From Octopus sinensis (taxonomy: Eukaryota): DNA of 64,000 bases. Location: positions 38,378,001 to 38,442,000 of the forward strand of contig NC_043004.1 of NCBI RefSeq assembly GCF_006345805.1, written 5' to 3'. The notes under the pieces are model-generated. The model was not told where the DNA came from. It worked only from the letters and a program-made list of their open reading frames with translations, and ran no database searches. The position numbers and the translations under genes are program-made. Of this stretch, positions 27,086-41,332 are shown piece after piece (the stretch's first letter is position 1; each line of letters starts with the position of its first letter).

Positions 27086-27417
27086 GTAAATGGACATGTA
27101 GATCAACAGATAGGTAAGTAAACAGAAAGATAGGTACCTAAGTAATACGGACAGATAAGCACACTCACGCACATACACACACACAATAACACACAAAGAC
27201 ACATGGAAACGCACATACCTACGTAACAGACGCGCGTAATAGTCACACAAACCCATACATATAGATGTATTGAAACACGCACACATGAGAAAGTGGTATA
27301 CACACAAACACACACACATACATATACATACAAACACACAAATATGCACACGCAAACACATGAATATGTAGAATAGATACATACAAACGTGCATACACGC
27401 ATGCATACATACATACA

Positions 27418-27476
<59 letters not shown>

Positions 27477-27538
27477 TTGCAAACATATATACGTACTTAC
27501 GTACATACATACATACATACATACATACATACATACAT

Positions 27539-27570
<32 letters not shown>

Positions 27571-28528
27571 TTGCAAACATATATACGTACGTACATACAG
27601 ACATACATACATACATAGGTATATACATATGTGTATATACATGCACCTTAACGCACACACATGCGCATAAACAAACAAAAAGAATGCAACCCCGATAGCG
27701 TCAACAGATATTGGAGAGTTTCCAAGAAGCAATGAACATTTTAGAAAATAGATAAATGAATAAATGAATGAGTGGAAGTCGAACTCGTGAGTGTGTTAAG
27801 TAATAAAGCATTAAAACAGAATGACTCTCCTCAGACACAACAAAATGTGCTGCAACACACGAATTCACAGTACTTGAGACGTATTTGAATTACTGACCCC
27901 GGAAGAATGAAAGGCAAAGTCGACCTCGGCGTAAACTGAACTCAGAACTTAGCGACAAACGAAATACCGCTAAATATTTCACCCGGCGAGATAGCGATTC
28001 TGCCAGCTCGCCACCTTAATAATAATAATAATGATAATGTTATTCTTTTCTTCTAAAGGCACAAGGCCTGAAGCTTTGCGTGAGGAGACTACTTGATTAC
28101 GTCGACCCCTTTGTTTCACTGGTGCATAATTTATCGAACCCGAAAAGATGAAAGGCAAATTCGAGCTCGGCAGAGGTTAAATTCAGAATGGAGAAAATGT
28201 GTGAAATGTTACAAAAATGTTACAAAAATGCGCTTTTACCAGCTCACCGCATTAATTATAATAATAATACTAATGCTAATAATAGCATTAATACTGAAAA
28301 TGACATGAATAGTAATTACATTACAATTACTCTTCACACCATTCGGGTATTTTTTTACTTTTAAATTATTCCTATCTAACTTTAATTTTATTATTTTATG
28401 AATGCATCCTTTGTTTCTCCAGTAGCCCAACTGTGAAATATTCTCATGCAGTAATGTAAGAAACAAGATATAAAAGTAATAGTGTGAGAATTTTTGGTTA
28501 CCTAGTGTAGTTTTAACCTTTAGAACAA

Positions 28529-28536
28529 TATATAAA
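28529..28536 (+). promoter_or_regulatory. TATA box of galaxin-like gene 2
   Basis: TATATAAA 64 bp upstream of the ATG, conserved at the same spacing in gene 3. Confidence 0.6.
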
Positions 28537-28592
28537 TGTTTTACAGTGCATTTCAAAGTGAATCTGGAATCGAGAAGAGAACAGGGAACATC

Positions 28593-28674
28593 ATGTCCAA
28601 ACTTTTAATCACCATCGCAACTGCTCTGCTTGCAATCATTGGATCAACAACCGCCTACCATTATCCACCACCTT
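28593..28674 (+). CDS. Galaxin-like gene 2, exon 1 (signal peptide MSKLLITIATALLAIIGSTTA-YHYPPP)
   Basis: ATG at 28593, a hydrophobic signal-peptide-like stretch, and a consensus donor T|GTAAGT at 28675 (phase 1). A TATATAAA lies 64 bp upstream. A paralogous exon is at 59869. Confidence 0.8.
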
Positions 28675-30198
28675 GTAAGTCTTTTTTACAATTCCCTATG
28701 AAGCTTTTCTTCTTCATTCTGCAATTGCATATAACAAAAAATGTTAGGTCTTATGCATTTTCAAAGTTGCTAGTATATCACGAATGAAGATCAATATGCT
28801 TCTATCGAACGTAAAGTGAATCATAAATACTTATAGGCATTGTTTATATAGATTAATATAAAGTAAAATTCAAACCATAGATACCGCTATTTCACTTTGA
28901 ATATCACATTAGTATCATTTGACAAATATGGTAAGAGGAATACATTTTTCGCTCCTTAATTTCGCTGGCGTTTTATTGTGCAAAAAGAAAATGAGCAACT
29001 GAATTTATTTATCCCACATGAAATAAATATGTATTCCCGTTATCATGTGAATACATATTTACGAAATACAACTCTAAGTTATTAACAGTATTGGAAATAG
29101 GTTCATATTTTATCAAGTCCCGTATAGAATATTGCTCATCCAAACTAGTATCAAATTTGGATGTAAGCCTAACTGAAGTGAGTACAAGATTGAAACAGAA
29201 TGTTATGTACGTCAGTATTTAGTTTATTTCAAGACTTCTTTGCCAATAGAGAGAAGAACCGGTTTCTAACCTAGATCCATTAAAATTTCAACCACAGCAA
29301 CAGGGTATTTTTGTATGTATGTATGTATGTATGTATGTATGTATGTATGTATGTATGTATGTATGTATTCACTTATGTATTTATGTATGTATGTACGTAT
29401 GCAGGTATGTATGTTTGTGTGTGATGAACCTACCTCACGACAGGAGACACAGATGCGAGCAGCAGCATCGAACTCCCTTGTTGACCAAGTGCCACGTATC
29501 AGAGGTGGATTCACATATTAGTGTAGCTCATTCAACGGTGGTGCCCCAGCATGGCCGTGGCCTTCGGGCGGAAACATTTTAAAGGATTTAAGGATATATG
29601 TATGTATATATGTATGCATGCCTGCATGCATTTATGTATGTATGTATGTATGTATGTAAGTATGTATGTATGTATGTATGTATGTATGTATGTATGTATG
29701 TATGTATGTATGTATGTATGTATGTATGTGTATACGTTTTTGTGTATGCTTATATACATTTCTCCACGCTAGGCGAAATTGCACTCTAGGAAGCACCGGC
29801 ACATACAGTTAAGTTTTATTTAACGTTTCCTGTTCTCCTTCATCATTACTCCTTCAATTATATATGCACGCTAATGTTAAATTGTATGGATGTTGCATTT
29901 GAATGTCTGGAAAATTTTCTATTGTAATATTATGGGTTCGTGTATTTCTTATGCAAATGTGAACGAACACTCAGAATTCGCGTGTTTGTATCTTATGCAT
30001 GCGTTAAATTTATAGTTACTGTTGTTTGCGTTGAGAATGTAGAGTACACTGAAAGTTAGTGAGTACAGTTGGGTGATAATGCGGATTAACTGTTTAGTGT
30101 CAGCTATTTGCTTCAAAAGTTATGTTAGCTCACTCAATATAAATGTATATTAGTCTAATAAATTAAGAAAGTAGAATATTTTGTATCATATCATATCA

Positions 30199-30315
<117 letters not shown>

Positions 30316-32868
30316 GCGTTGACAGAGCTAGGATGCGTGCTCTGAGGAACGAAGGAGTTGGAGCCGACCGAGAGGCCCGAATGCGGAGGTGCAACGAGGC
30401 AAGAAAGCCACCATTAGGTCCCTGACAGATGAACAGAGGATCGAATTACTCTAGCCTGAAAGGATGTGTGAAGCCTTTCAACAACACTTTGCCCAACTGT
30501 TCGGGAATGCAAAGTGGACTTTAGCGCCTACCTCCATAGTCTGCCACCACTCTCGGCAAGAGAGGTGGAGTGTTGTGAAATATCCATTACAGCCGCGGAC
30601 GTACAGGATGCCCTACGAACTATATTTTCATATGCCAGACTTGTTTGGAGACGTCTTGGCAGCTACCTACAGCAACTGGCAGCAAAGTGGGAGTATCCCC
30701 GACTCTGTAAAGCGAGGAGTGGTGGCACTGCTAAAGGAAGATCCAAACAAGGGGAACGTCATAGATAACTTCAGGCCCATTACTCTGCTCAACGTAAACT
30801 TGAAGATTTTGGCCAAGGTGTTAGCCGAGAGGCTGGTGCTTTTCATCGAGAAGCTGGCCGATAAGGCGCAAGCGTGCACCCTACCGAGTAGGAGTATCCA
30901 TGACAACCTCCATCTGATGCACTACATCATAGACAGACTAGTTAAGGAACCTGGCATGGATGGAGCGCTGATCAATTTGGATCAATCAAACGCTTTCGAT
31001 GGGGTAGACCATCATTACTTGAAGGTTATCCCTAGATCGGCTGGTTTCGGTCCCGTCTTCCGCGGTTGGATCGCTGCCTTATACAGCGGTACCCGCTTAG
31101 TAGTTCGCGTAAATGGTCATCTGTCGAAACTATTTAACATCACACGTTCATGATGCAGTTCAGGTCAGGGATGCCCATCTCGTCGCTTCTGTACGTATTG
31201 ACTCTTGAGCCACTACTGCAGAAGCTGGCGTCGCTGAGTGGCAACCCGTGAGAGCTGGGATGTGAGAGGAGCGTGTTTTCATACGCAGACGACGTCACCG
31301 TCACAGTGTCGAGCTACAGATATACTGACCTGGTTGGCGAGACACTAAAAGAATACGAAGCGGTAACGGGAGCAAGAATTTGTCGGAAAAAGTCAGTGGA
31401 CTTGCGGCTCGGCACTTGGAGAAGCAAGTCCATGCCGTCCAACAGCGTCTCCATTGTGGGACGCTGAACTGATGGACCGGTTAAATTGCTCGGAGTCTGG
31501 TTCGGTCGTGACTTCCAAATGGAGAAGAACTGGGGCGAGATAATGACCAGGGTGGTCACTCTCACCCAACAATCAGCCGAGAGGAAGCTATCCCTGAAAG
31601 GTCGGGCGGAGGTGGCAAACGCATGCATCGCATCCGTCTTACCGTTGTACATTGTCCCGACCCTACCCTCGCCAAACTGGAACGCATACTCTTCCGCTTT
31701 TTGTGGAAGTGAAGCGTTCTGATGGTTAGGCGATCCATTTGCTGTCAACACCCGCGAAATGGAGGGCTAGGCCTGCCGTGGTTGATGATGTGCATACATG
31801 AGCTGAGACTGCGACATCTCCGGCGCTTCATAGACGACGGTGAACAGGTGTGGTCGCTGTTTGTGCGGCGTGCTTTCCTGCAGCTCGTCTTTTTGGCCGA
31901 ACTGCAGTCGTGGATCAAACGGAGACCGAGGCTAGACGAATGGCACCGCAAATGCTGCCTTGCTCTCAAGCAACTCTGCCGTCAGGGACCAAACTTGTGC
32001 GACTTCAACTCCACAAAGGAGTTCTATAGAAGATTATTGGAGGGGAGGTGCGACAACGTTATCGGCAAGAATCTGGGCGTCGACGAGGAACACCTGACCC
32101 GTCTGTTCAGGACAACTTTTGGGCCGGGACTTATGGACAATCACCAAAGATCCCTGGCGTGGTAGTGCTATCGAGAAGTATTACCCGTTCGAGATAAGCT
32201 CTACAGGCACGGTTCGACACACACCGAACTGACTTGCCTGAGATGCGGATAGAGCGACGAAACCGTTCTGCACGCACTCGTTCAGTGTCCAACCATTTCT
32301 GACCTGTGGGCTTATGCCAAACGGCTGCTGTCATGTGTGGGACAACTCCACCTATCGGTCGAATCTATCGTGGAAATTGCTCCGCCACCTTCCCTTAACC
32401 GGGAAGGCAAGGCACTGTTCATGGTCAAAGAATGGTTGTGGTGGACTCGAGCGCAAGGTTTAGAAACAAAAACTTACCTCTCTGCACCACTTGAAAAGGA
32501 ATGTGAGAATAGAGAGGCAAGTTTTGTCTCGGTAAAGTTACAATAAAGGTGGGTGAATGTAGCAAAGATTGTGCGTGCGAGTGACAAAACCACTTTGAGC
32601 ATGACCCTGTAAATCGAAAAGAGAGGTAGATCACTTTGCTCTCATGTGTTTATTCCCTCCCTGCCTGAGGTTACTGTGGTCTTTTCCGTAGGCTTTTCTT
32701 TCCACGGATAAACTTAATCCTGCTTTTTACACTTTAAAAAATTTTGTGATACACGAGCCTTTTTGGTCGGAATTTTATTTTTCTCTTTTTTTTTATTTTT
32801 GAAAAGAAAAGCGCTACACTGTATTTTGTCCCCCTCTGTGTTCGGCCCTGTGTGGCTAATAAAGAAAC
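30316..32868 (+). mobile_element. 5'-truncated Tx1/L1-like LINE (ORF2 RT + C-terminal CCHC + 3' UTR)
   Basis: Motifs NFRPITLLNVNLKILAK, LDQSNAFD, YADD (~31282) and CLRCG..ETVLHALVQC. It ends ...gtggctaataaagaaactt followed by (ATGT)n. Confidence 0.9.
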
Positions 32869-32929
32869 TTATGTATGTATGTATGTATGTATGTATGTAT
32901 GTATGTATGTATGTATGTATGTATGTATG

Positions 32930-32967
<38 letters not shown>

Positions 32968-33275
32968 GCTAATGCTAAAACTAAAAGTTTGTTTACCTGC
33001 TCATTGGTTACGATGACAAAGATTGCAAATAGTCATTTCCCCCTTTAAGAAAAAAGAATCAAGTAGAAAATGCCGATTTGCGGTGGTATACTTCAAAGAG
33101 TCGTCACAGCTACCACCGTCCGTCCATTTTTCTTACTCTCTTTTCCTTCCCACGACCTTTTATATATTTTTCGAATTGCCGTTGACAGATAAAAATTCGC
33201 CTAATATTTATGAGATATTTTTCGGATTTTGTGTACTTGATTTTTTTTTTGTTAAAGGGGAAAAGTACTATTGTA

Positions 33276-34424
33276 TCTCTCTATATATAAACGGCAGTTT
33301 GTCTGTCTGTGTGTCTCTGTGTCTGTCAGGTTGTACCCTCACCCTGACCACGGCTTTCAACCGATTCTGATGAAACTTGACACACACATAGCCCAATGTC
33401 ATAATTCAAAACTAACGCAGAGAAAATTTTGAAAAGTTCCCCCAGTTCTGAAAAAAATCGATAAATTCGACATGGGGTCGAGAATCTAAGCTTTTTATAT
33501 GCAACACATTTTCTGTTGTAGTTTTCGCAACTTACAATCGATTTTCACCAAACTCATGGTGAAGCTTAATGTTACCCTAAGAAACTTATTTCTGACGTTA
33601 GTTTTCCATGCAATACCTTACCATCAGAAAAAAATCGATAAAATCATGCCATTTTGGGAAATCGCGTTCAAAATCAAGATAACATATTTTCGACAATATC
33701 TTTCACAAATTGGCAGGAATTTTTTAAAAAATTCACAGCGAGCATCATGTCTGCTCCAAGGAGCTATATGGCCCTTTTTATTCCAATAGGATACTTTATT
33801 ACTGGAAAAAATCAGTTAATTAAATCATATGTAGCACACATAGCAAACCGATTTGTGTATTAAACACAAACCACAGACTGTTTAGAGGACGCAAGTCGAC
33901 CTTTTTAACTCTCGGAACACGAAAATGTATAAAAATGTAGAAAATCGGCAAAAAAGCGGGCAGCAATGTGAGTGACAACAAGGAAAAAGTCAAAAGTGAC
34001 CAAACTGAACAAACGAATGGAAAAAGTTTTTTGGTGCACACGACAAAAGCGGTTTATAATAAACCAAGAGTTTGCAAGTAGCGTTCGAGGACCCTTAGGG
34101 TACGTCAAAAATTTAAGGTAAAATGTTTGGGGTGGTAGTTATAAAGAAAGTTTAAACAAAAAAAGTATTCGAATAACTTGCGGCTGCAGCAGCTATTAGC
34201 AGAAGTGGCGTGTTGGGGGTAAAGTCTCGAATGTAATTTCTTCCTGGTAGAAATTGGTTGGGTTGAATTATCGATAGCTGTTTGATAGTTATTTGGGAGT
34301 GAAGAGAAGACATTGCAACCTACACATGCGCCTTCGTTCCCTAGAGGGAAAGGACTAGATTGGGATTAGTCGTTGCCTACTAGGGGCTCTTACATACCCG
34401 GGCAATGCCGGCCTATGCTGCTAG
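33276..34424 (+). mobile_element. Non-autonomous Helitron
   Basis: Inserted as A|TC...CTAG|T, with a subterminal hairpin cccgggcaatgccgg ~11 nt before CTAG and no TSD. Confidence 0.75.
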
Positions 34425-34838
34425 TTTAAAATAAAATATTAATATTTATATCTCAATCAAAAGGCAGGAAAAGAGAAAGAGAGACTATCTTTCTGTAGAG
34501 GAAGATTATATACCCATTCTTAAAATTTTCCTGTATATAAAATCCCAACATGCATTTCTGTTGTATAATTGTTTGAGGGTCCTTACATGCGATGAGTCTG
34601 CACCAAATCGATTTTTATTAAATCAAGTGTTGTACAAACTCTGCCAAAGATTGACATTCTTGTACAACTTCTTTCCCTGTGTTCCACATACTAGTCGATG
34701 AAGTGAACCGAAAGTATCAAAGATAAAAGCCTTTTTGTGAATGGACTTTGTACTATAATTGATTTTAAATAAAAATCTATTCGATGAACAGAACCATGAC
34801 ATCTAAGGACTCTAAAACATATATACAAAAAAAAACGA

Positions 34839-35255
34839 GGATCTTTTCGGTTTGAACGGCAGTTTTTTCTAGCGGTGTCATTTGAAATTGTCACCCATAA
34901 TTATGACCCTAGAATCGATCTATTGCATTTCAATCTCTTTTAGGGTTAGGGTTAGGGGTGGGAGGAAGGGTATCTTTTTTTCTTCACAAATGTAAATAAA
35001 TCCAATCTTTTTCTTAAACGAGGAACATATTCATACGGCACAGAATGTTTTCACCTCAATAGACGGTCATTGATTGGTTGAAATTGCAGAAATTGAAGAT
35101 TAAAAACAACAAATATCTTATAAACTATAGAATTTTCTCAATAAAGCCAAGAGAAAAAGATGTTTTATTAACACATTCTACGAGTATATGAAGTTTAAAA
35201 TTTTTTAGTTACCTAGAAATTATGTTAAAAACTGCCGTTCAAACCGAAAAGATCC
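34839..35255. mobile_element. MITE with ~28-bp TIRs (GGATCTTTTCGGTTTGAACGGCAGTTTT) and 8-bp TSD, Merlin-like
   Basis: TIRs are visible at both ends, with flanks AAAAACGA/AAAATCGA. A second copy is at 58782. The superfamily is inferred from the 5'-GG and the 8-bp TSD. Confidence 0.8.
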
Positions 35256-35779
35256 AAAATCGAGCTTGGGAATTTTATATGTTAGAAAAGATGCATAATT
35301 CTTCAATTCACAGCTCTCTTGAAGATGACACACCTAGATATACATATGTTTACAAAGTTCTGTAGGCCTAAATGAATTCTAAACAAGAATACAATCCAGA
35401 TTTAATCAACTGAAATTCTCCACGACTGTTTGCCATCACAACCAACCATAGAACCTAATTATCATTCACCGGAACTCAGCTTACACTAGATAAATCCAAG
35501 ATGAACACAAATGTTCAGCAGACCGGTGACTGGTAAGTAAGCCGGAACTTTCAGGTACAATCAATGCTATTCTTATGAAAGCGTAATACATTTGTATTCT
35601 ATCAAATAAATGTATAGATTAATACTACAATTTAAATGAAATTGTTTAAAGTTGAACTGCTTATTATAACAGAAATAGCCATTAACATTCATACATGCAT
35701 ACTTATATACATGCATACATACATACATGCATACATACATACATGCATACATACATACTGCATACATACATACATACAT

Positions 35780-36260
35780 GGTGGCTGCCCCCTCGTTATC
35801 GAGTATGGCCATTGCGCGAAGCTTAATCAATGTTGTTATCGTGCAATGTCTGTGCAAGAAGATTTTTTTTAAGTGAGGAAAGGCTGTGCACTGAGTCAAT
35901 CCCACTCACTAAGCAACAGCAGCCATAATCCGAAAAGAAGAACAAGTCAACATCATCGGTAACCACTGAGCCGCAGGTTTTATGTCGGAGTAATCCCAGT
36001 TACCTGAGTTACCTTCTCCTAGAAGGATGCCCTAACAAAGGCTAGGAGTCCTTCACTCCCAATGGTTTACCTGCGCGATCGGGTATTCAGTCCGATTATT
36101 TCTATGTCCCCGCGCATGATACAGCCTTAAGACATTTATTGGATGGCCGTTGACTCCCAAGAGTTCCTCCGCCCTTTGACGGGTTTTGTTTTTCATCCTG
36201 CAGGGTGTCCAATAAACACCCTCCTCACCAAGCAAGCTTGGTGGGGTTGCGGGTTTAGTA
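35780..36260 (-). mobile_element. RTE-related repeat fragment
   Basis: ctcctagcctttgttagggcatccttctaggagaagg resembles RTE 5' regions. This is by-eye only. Confidence 0.35.
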
Positions 36261-36735
36261 CATACATACATACATACATACATATATACATACATACATA
36301 CATACATACATACATACATACATACATACATACATACATACATACATACATACATACATACATGTTGCATGTATATATATATGTATTAGTTGCATGTATT
36401 AGTTTGAAGCTCGGGAAAATGAAAATGTCCTTTACGTTTCGAGCCTATGCTCTTCAAACGAAAGGAATAAGAGAAAATAAACAGAGAAAGAATCAAAACA
36501 CTTGTAGATTTCAGCAGTCCAGCATATTTATGAATCTAGGACATTTACCCCATGAACAATTAACCCTGAAGACAACACATGATCATTTTTAAATTTCTTA
36601 ATATATTGTAGAGGGTGTAACTCTCCTAGGGGGGTAGTTGTCGTTGGGTGGGGGGCATTGTCCCATGGGCGTAATTATCCTACGGGGTATATGTCCTGAT
36701 ACGATATATGTATATTTATACACACATAAACACAC

Positions 36736-37200
<465 letters not shown>

Positions 37201-38927
37201 TGGATCGAGTAAAAGAAAAGAGTAAAAGAATATATATACATCAAGTGTTGACAAGAAAGGATGAAAAAAGACAAAAAAAATTCTACCAAATAAATGAAAG
37301 AGGGATGTTGATAGCAAGAGGCTGTTAGATGAAAGTTAAATTACATAAAGTTTAAAGCGAGCGAAGGGTATTAGAAAGAAGAAAGAAAGAATATGGACAG
37401 GAGAAATTGTGTGGGAGGGTTATATAGATGTGATGAGCCCTATTCAGTAATGGTATTAAAAGTGTGTTATCACAGTAATTCTAAGGTTATAGTGGGGTTT
37501 AAGCAGGTGCTTTGTTATATACATTTCTATCTAGTGTATGCTGTCTCAGTTTACATTGTATACGTTGTATTATTCTCATTCGGTTTTTCCGTGGTGTAGG
37601 TTTCAGGTTTGTTGTAAATGAAGTTGTCACTCAGTGAAGTTGGGGCGGTGAATTCAATAGATCGGAGTATGTGTTTTTAGTGTTTAGTCTGCATCGGTTA
37701 GGTTTTTTTTTCTATCATACTGTGTGAAAATGTGCTTAATCGCATGCATGCATCTGCGTAGTCTCTCTGAGAATATATTCATAATCCTATCTTTGCTCAA
37801 TAATATAGACAGCGATTCATCGAAACGTAACTGGCATTTCCGGGATAGCGTGTTATAGAGACTCTCGTGTCTAATTATTGATAAGGGCAGATCAAGTTTG
37901 ACCTTCACTTTAATGAGTCGCCTGATGAAATCAGCCTGTGATGTTGCGTGCCGTTTATGGACCTTTCGAATGCTGGCGATATGGTTTCGATTTCTATTTT
38001 TGAAAATATCGACCGATCATCCGCTCTATACATACAGGAATCCCCAAGTATTTACGATACATATGTATACTACATTACGGCTCTTATATATATATATGTC
38101 TCTACATTAGCATTGGTTGCTACTCATTTTATTAGCATGTTTACAGCCGGTGCTATGTTCACTTGTGCTAGTTGTTAACCTATTATCATATCTATTATTT
38201 CTGGGTGTGTTTGTGTTGTTGTTTGAGTTGTTGTGACAGACACGTGTTAGAGGGTTGCTATAGTTGTCGTTGAGGATATCATTTATAGGTAGGTTAGTGT
38301 TGTTGTTCAAGTCATTGTGACTGGTATAGTTATTACTTCTGCGTTTATGAGTAGTTTTGTGTTGTTCTTGTGACTATCGCAGGGTGGATCGAAACGATCG
38401 GCGTACAAAATAATGATTCCTACGTATTCCATCTTCTCTTTACTCAGTTTGTAGATTAAACACTGCGGAATTACTGACGTAGATCCAGAGGAAATATAAC
38501 AACAGATGACACCATGTAGTCCAAAATATTACATATATACATACATACATACATACATACATACATGCAATCATACAGACATGTGTGTGTGTTTGTGTGC
38601 ATCTGTGGGTGGGTGTGTAGGAAGAAATTGGGAGTACATTCGAAGGTTCCGCTTTCTAGACCTTATGTGACGGAGGGTCAGTGGTTTGATGAAACCGAAA
38701 TCTAGTAATCACTGTCAACATTTTACGTGTAAAAGAAAATTAATCATCTACTATAAAGTACTTTAATGCTCAATTATTCCTGTATATACTACATGCGTAT
38801 AAAATCAATATACACACATGTGTATATTGATGGCGGTGCCCCAGCAAAATGGCGGTGCCCCAGCATGGCCACAGCTCGTGAGCTGAAACTAGATAAAATA
38901 AAATAAACATGTCTGTTTTTATGCGTC

Positions 38928-39007
<80 letters not shown>

Positions 39008-39114
39008 TGCGTGAGTGTGTGTGCGTGCGCGCGCGTGTATACGTAATATACAGATTTGAGAGGAGGAAATCGGGTTTCGGTTTGCTCAACAAGAGACGAG
39101 ACTGTCATCAGTCA

Positions 39115-39405
39115 CATGACAGTATGGCTGTGTGGGAAGAAGCTTGCGTCCGAACCACATGGTTCCAGGTTCGGTTCCACTGCGTGGCACATTGGGCAGA
39201 TGACTTTTCCTATAGCTGCAGCCAACCAAAGCCTTTTGAGTGGAATTGGTTGACGAAAACTGAAAGAAGCTCATTGGACATATGTGTGTGTGTGTCTGTG
39301 TCTGTGTTTGCCCCCCACCGTCATCGCTTCACAACTGATGTTGGTGTGTTTACTTCCCTTCTAAATTAGCGTTTCGGCATAAGCACTTGATAGAATAATT
39401 ACTGG
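39115..39405 (+). mobile_element. CORE-like SINE
   Basis: Mirror of 2195-2538. Confidence 0.85.
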
Positions 39406-41332
39406 GCAAGGTTATTGTTATATACATTTATATCTTAGTATGTTGAATGATAGAGTACGTTCTATTATTCTCATTCGGTTCTTCCGACGTATAGGTTTCA
39501 GGTTTGTTGTAAATGAAGTTGTCTCTCAGTGGAGTTGGGGCGGTGAATTCAATAGATCGGAGTATGTGTTTTTAGTGTTTAGTCTGCATCGGTTAGGTTT
39601 TTGTTTTTATCATACTGTGTGAAAGTGTGCTTAATTGCATGGATGCATTCGGGTAGTCTCTCTGAGAATATATTTATGATCCTCTTTTTCGTCAACAGCG
39701 TGGTCGACTGCGATTTCTCGGAACTTAACTGGCATTTCCGGGATACGGCGTTATGGAGATTCGCTTTTTCTCTGATCAGACTTCAATCATGCGCTTTATC
39801 TTACCTTCAAAATGTTTCATTGCATATCACTTTATATAAATTAAGCTTCTACCATATTGTGCCTAAATTATTGTATTAACATTAATTTCTCGTATTTATA
39901 GTGGAGATTTTATCATCACTTTAAACAAAATTTATACATTACTAAGCAAAGCGAGAGCCATTTTCTTTTTAGTCATTCTACCTACAAAAATATCAGTAAA
40001 CTCTTTCAAATGATTTCGCTTTTATTAAATATAATTTATTGGAGACTGTAGACTTAAATATAAGAAAATGACGAACAGCCACTACTGAAATGCCCCACCA
40101 TCTTGCATTACAAGGAGATAAACAACACCTGAAATTTCATTGCCTTTACATAGTTGAAAAGCAAATTTAAATCTAGTGGATGTTAATCTACACGAATGAT
40201 CAATAACCTAAAGACCTAATGTGTTTCTCACCTCTACAAATTTCTATAACTATAGGAGGCAATATATGTATCTAAAAATACGTGTATCTATAATTTGTGC
40301 CCGTAGAATACTTTGCTGTTTAATTGTTGCAGTTATTGTTAGTTCAATTTTAATGTTCAACGTTTTCTGTTTAAAAAGCGATTTAGGTCAATTTTCTGGC
40401 ATTTGTGGAAGGTTTCGCATACTATAATTTCTGATTCTCAGAGTCACTGTCTCCTATTTTGTCCGTTTCCACTTCTACTATCATTTCCTTGCTTCCTGAA
40501 GTTTACTGGTTTCGGGTCACCTCCACTCAAGCATTCAAGACTCAGTAAAACCCTCTCTTCTTTTTATCCATACCATCTTTATAAACTATTCATCATTACG
40601 CCATATTATTTCCTCTCTGGGACTCTCTGCTTATCAGCACGTCTATTTTTCAAAACCGTCAGAATCGAACGCTAATCAACTTGGTATTGGACAAATTTTC
40701 GTACAGAATATTGAGAAAGTGGGATAAAGTTTATACATGACTGTTCATTTTAAATACATGACTATGGTATATTTATGATAAATCTTTAAGCTATTACAAA
40801 TTTTCGCTAAAAGAACCTTATTAAATATATGTATATTCCGAAGACAATTATACCCCCAAAGTTTAAAACTTAGCAGATTCATAGTTTGATAATAAAGCAT
40901 TTCGTCCATAGGCTAACCAAGCATCTTTCCCAGAATATGTACCATAGAGCTAACAGATATGTTTTTATTTTTACTTGAAATTTAGCACAACCGAGCACAC
41001 TTTGCCTTAAATTATAACATACAAATAATGTCATTGCTGACTTCCAATTGTCCAATAAGTTACAGAATGGTTTTTGTTCATTTCAATATCCAACAAATTT
41101 TCAAGGAATGATTACAATACATGATATCCAGTGTCTGAAAAATAAGATTAAAACTGAATTCGGGGTCGTGACGGCAAGAAAGGCTTTGAGTATATTTTGT
41201 GATATTAATCTTCTTTAATGACTACTAAAGAAGCGTATATATTTTATGCAAAGCAAAATTGAACCCACAGACATGTTTTTACATGCTAATGGAATTTATT
41301 AATGGATATCGAGCCGAAAATTACTTATGATA

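Noticed and set aside
28536-28787. 83-aa ORF extending exon 1 on both sides
   Set aside because: It reads through the 5' UTR and the GTAAGT donor. Only 28593-28674 is conserved as coding in the paralog.
37915-37985. CTGATGA...GAAT hammerhead candidate (and its mirror at ~3470-3535)
   Set aside because: It lacks GAAA, has no clear stem II, and the would-be triplet ends in G.
40400-41330. Non-repetitive-looking intronic segment (also 28700-29200, 29790-30180 and 57120-57700)
   Set aside because: I found no convincing ORF, splice pair, CC repeats or RNA motif by eye, so it is left unannotated.
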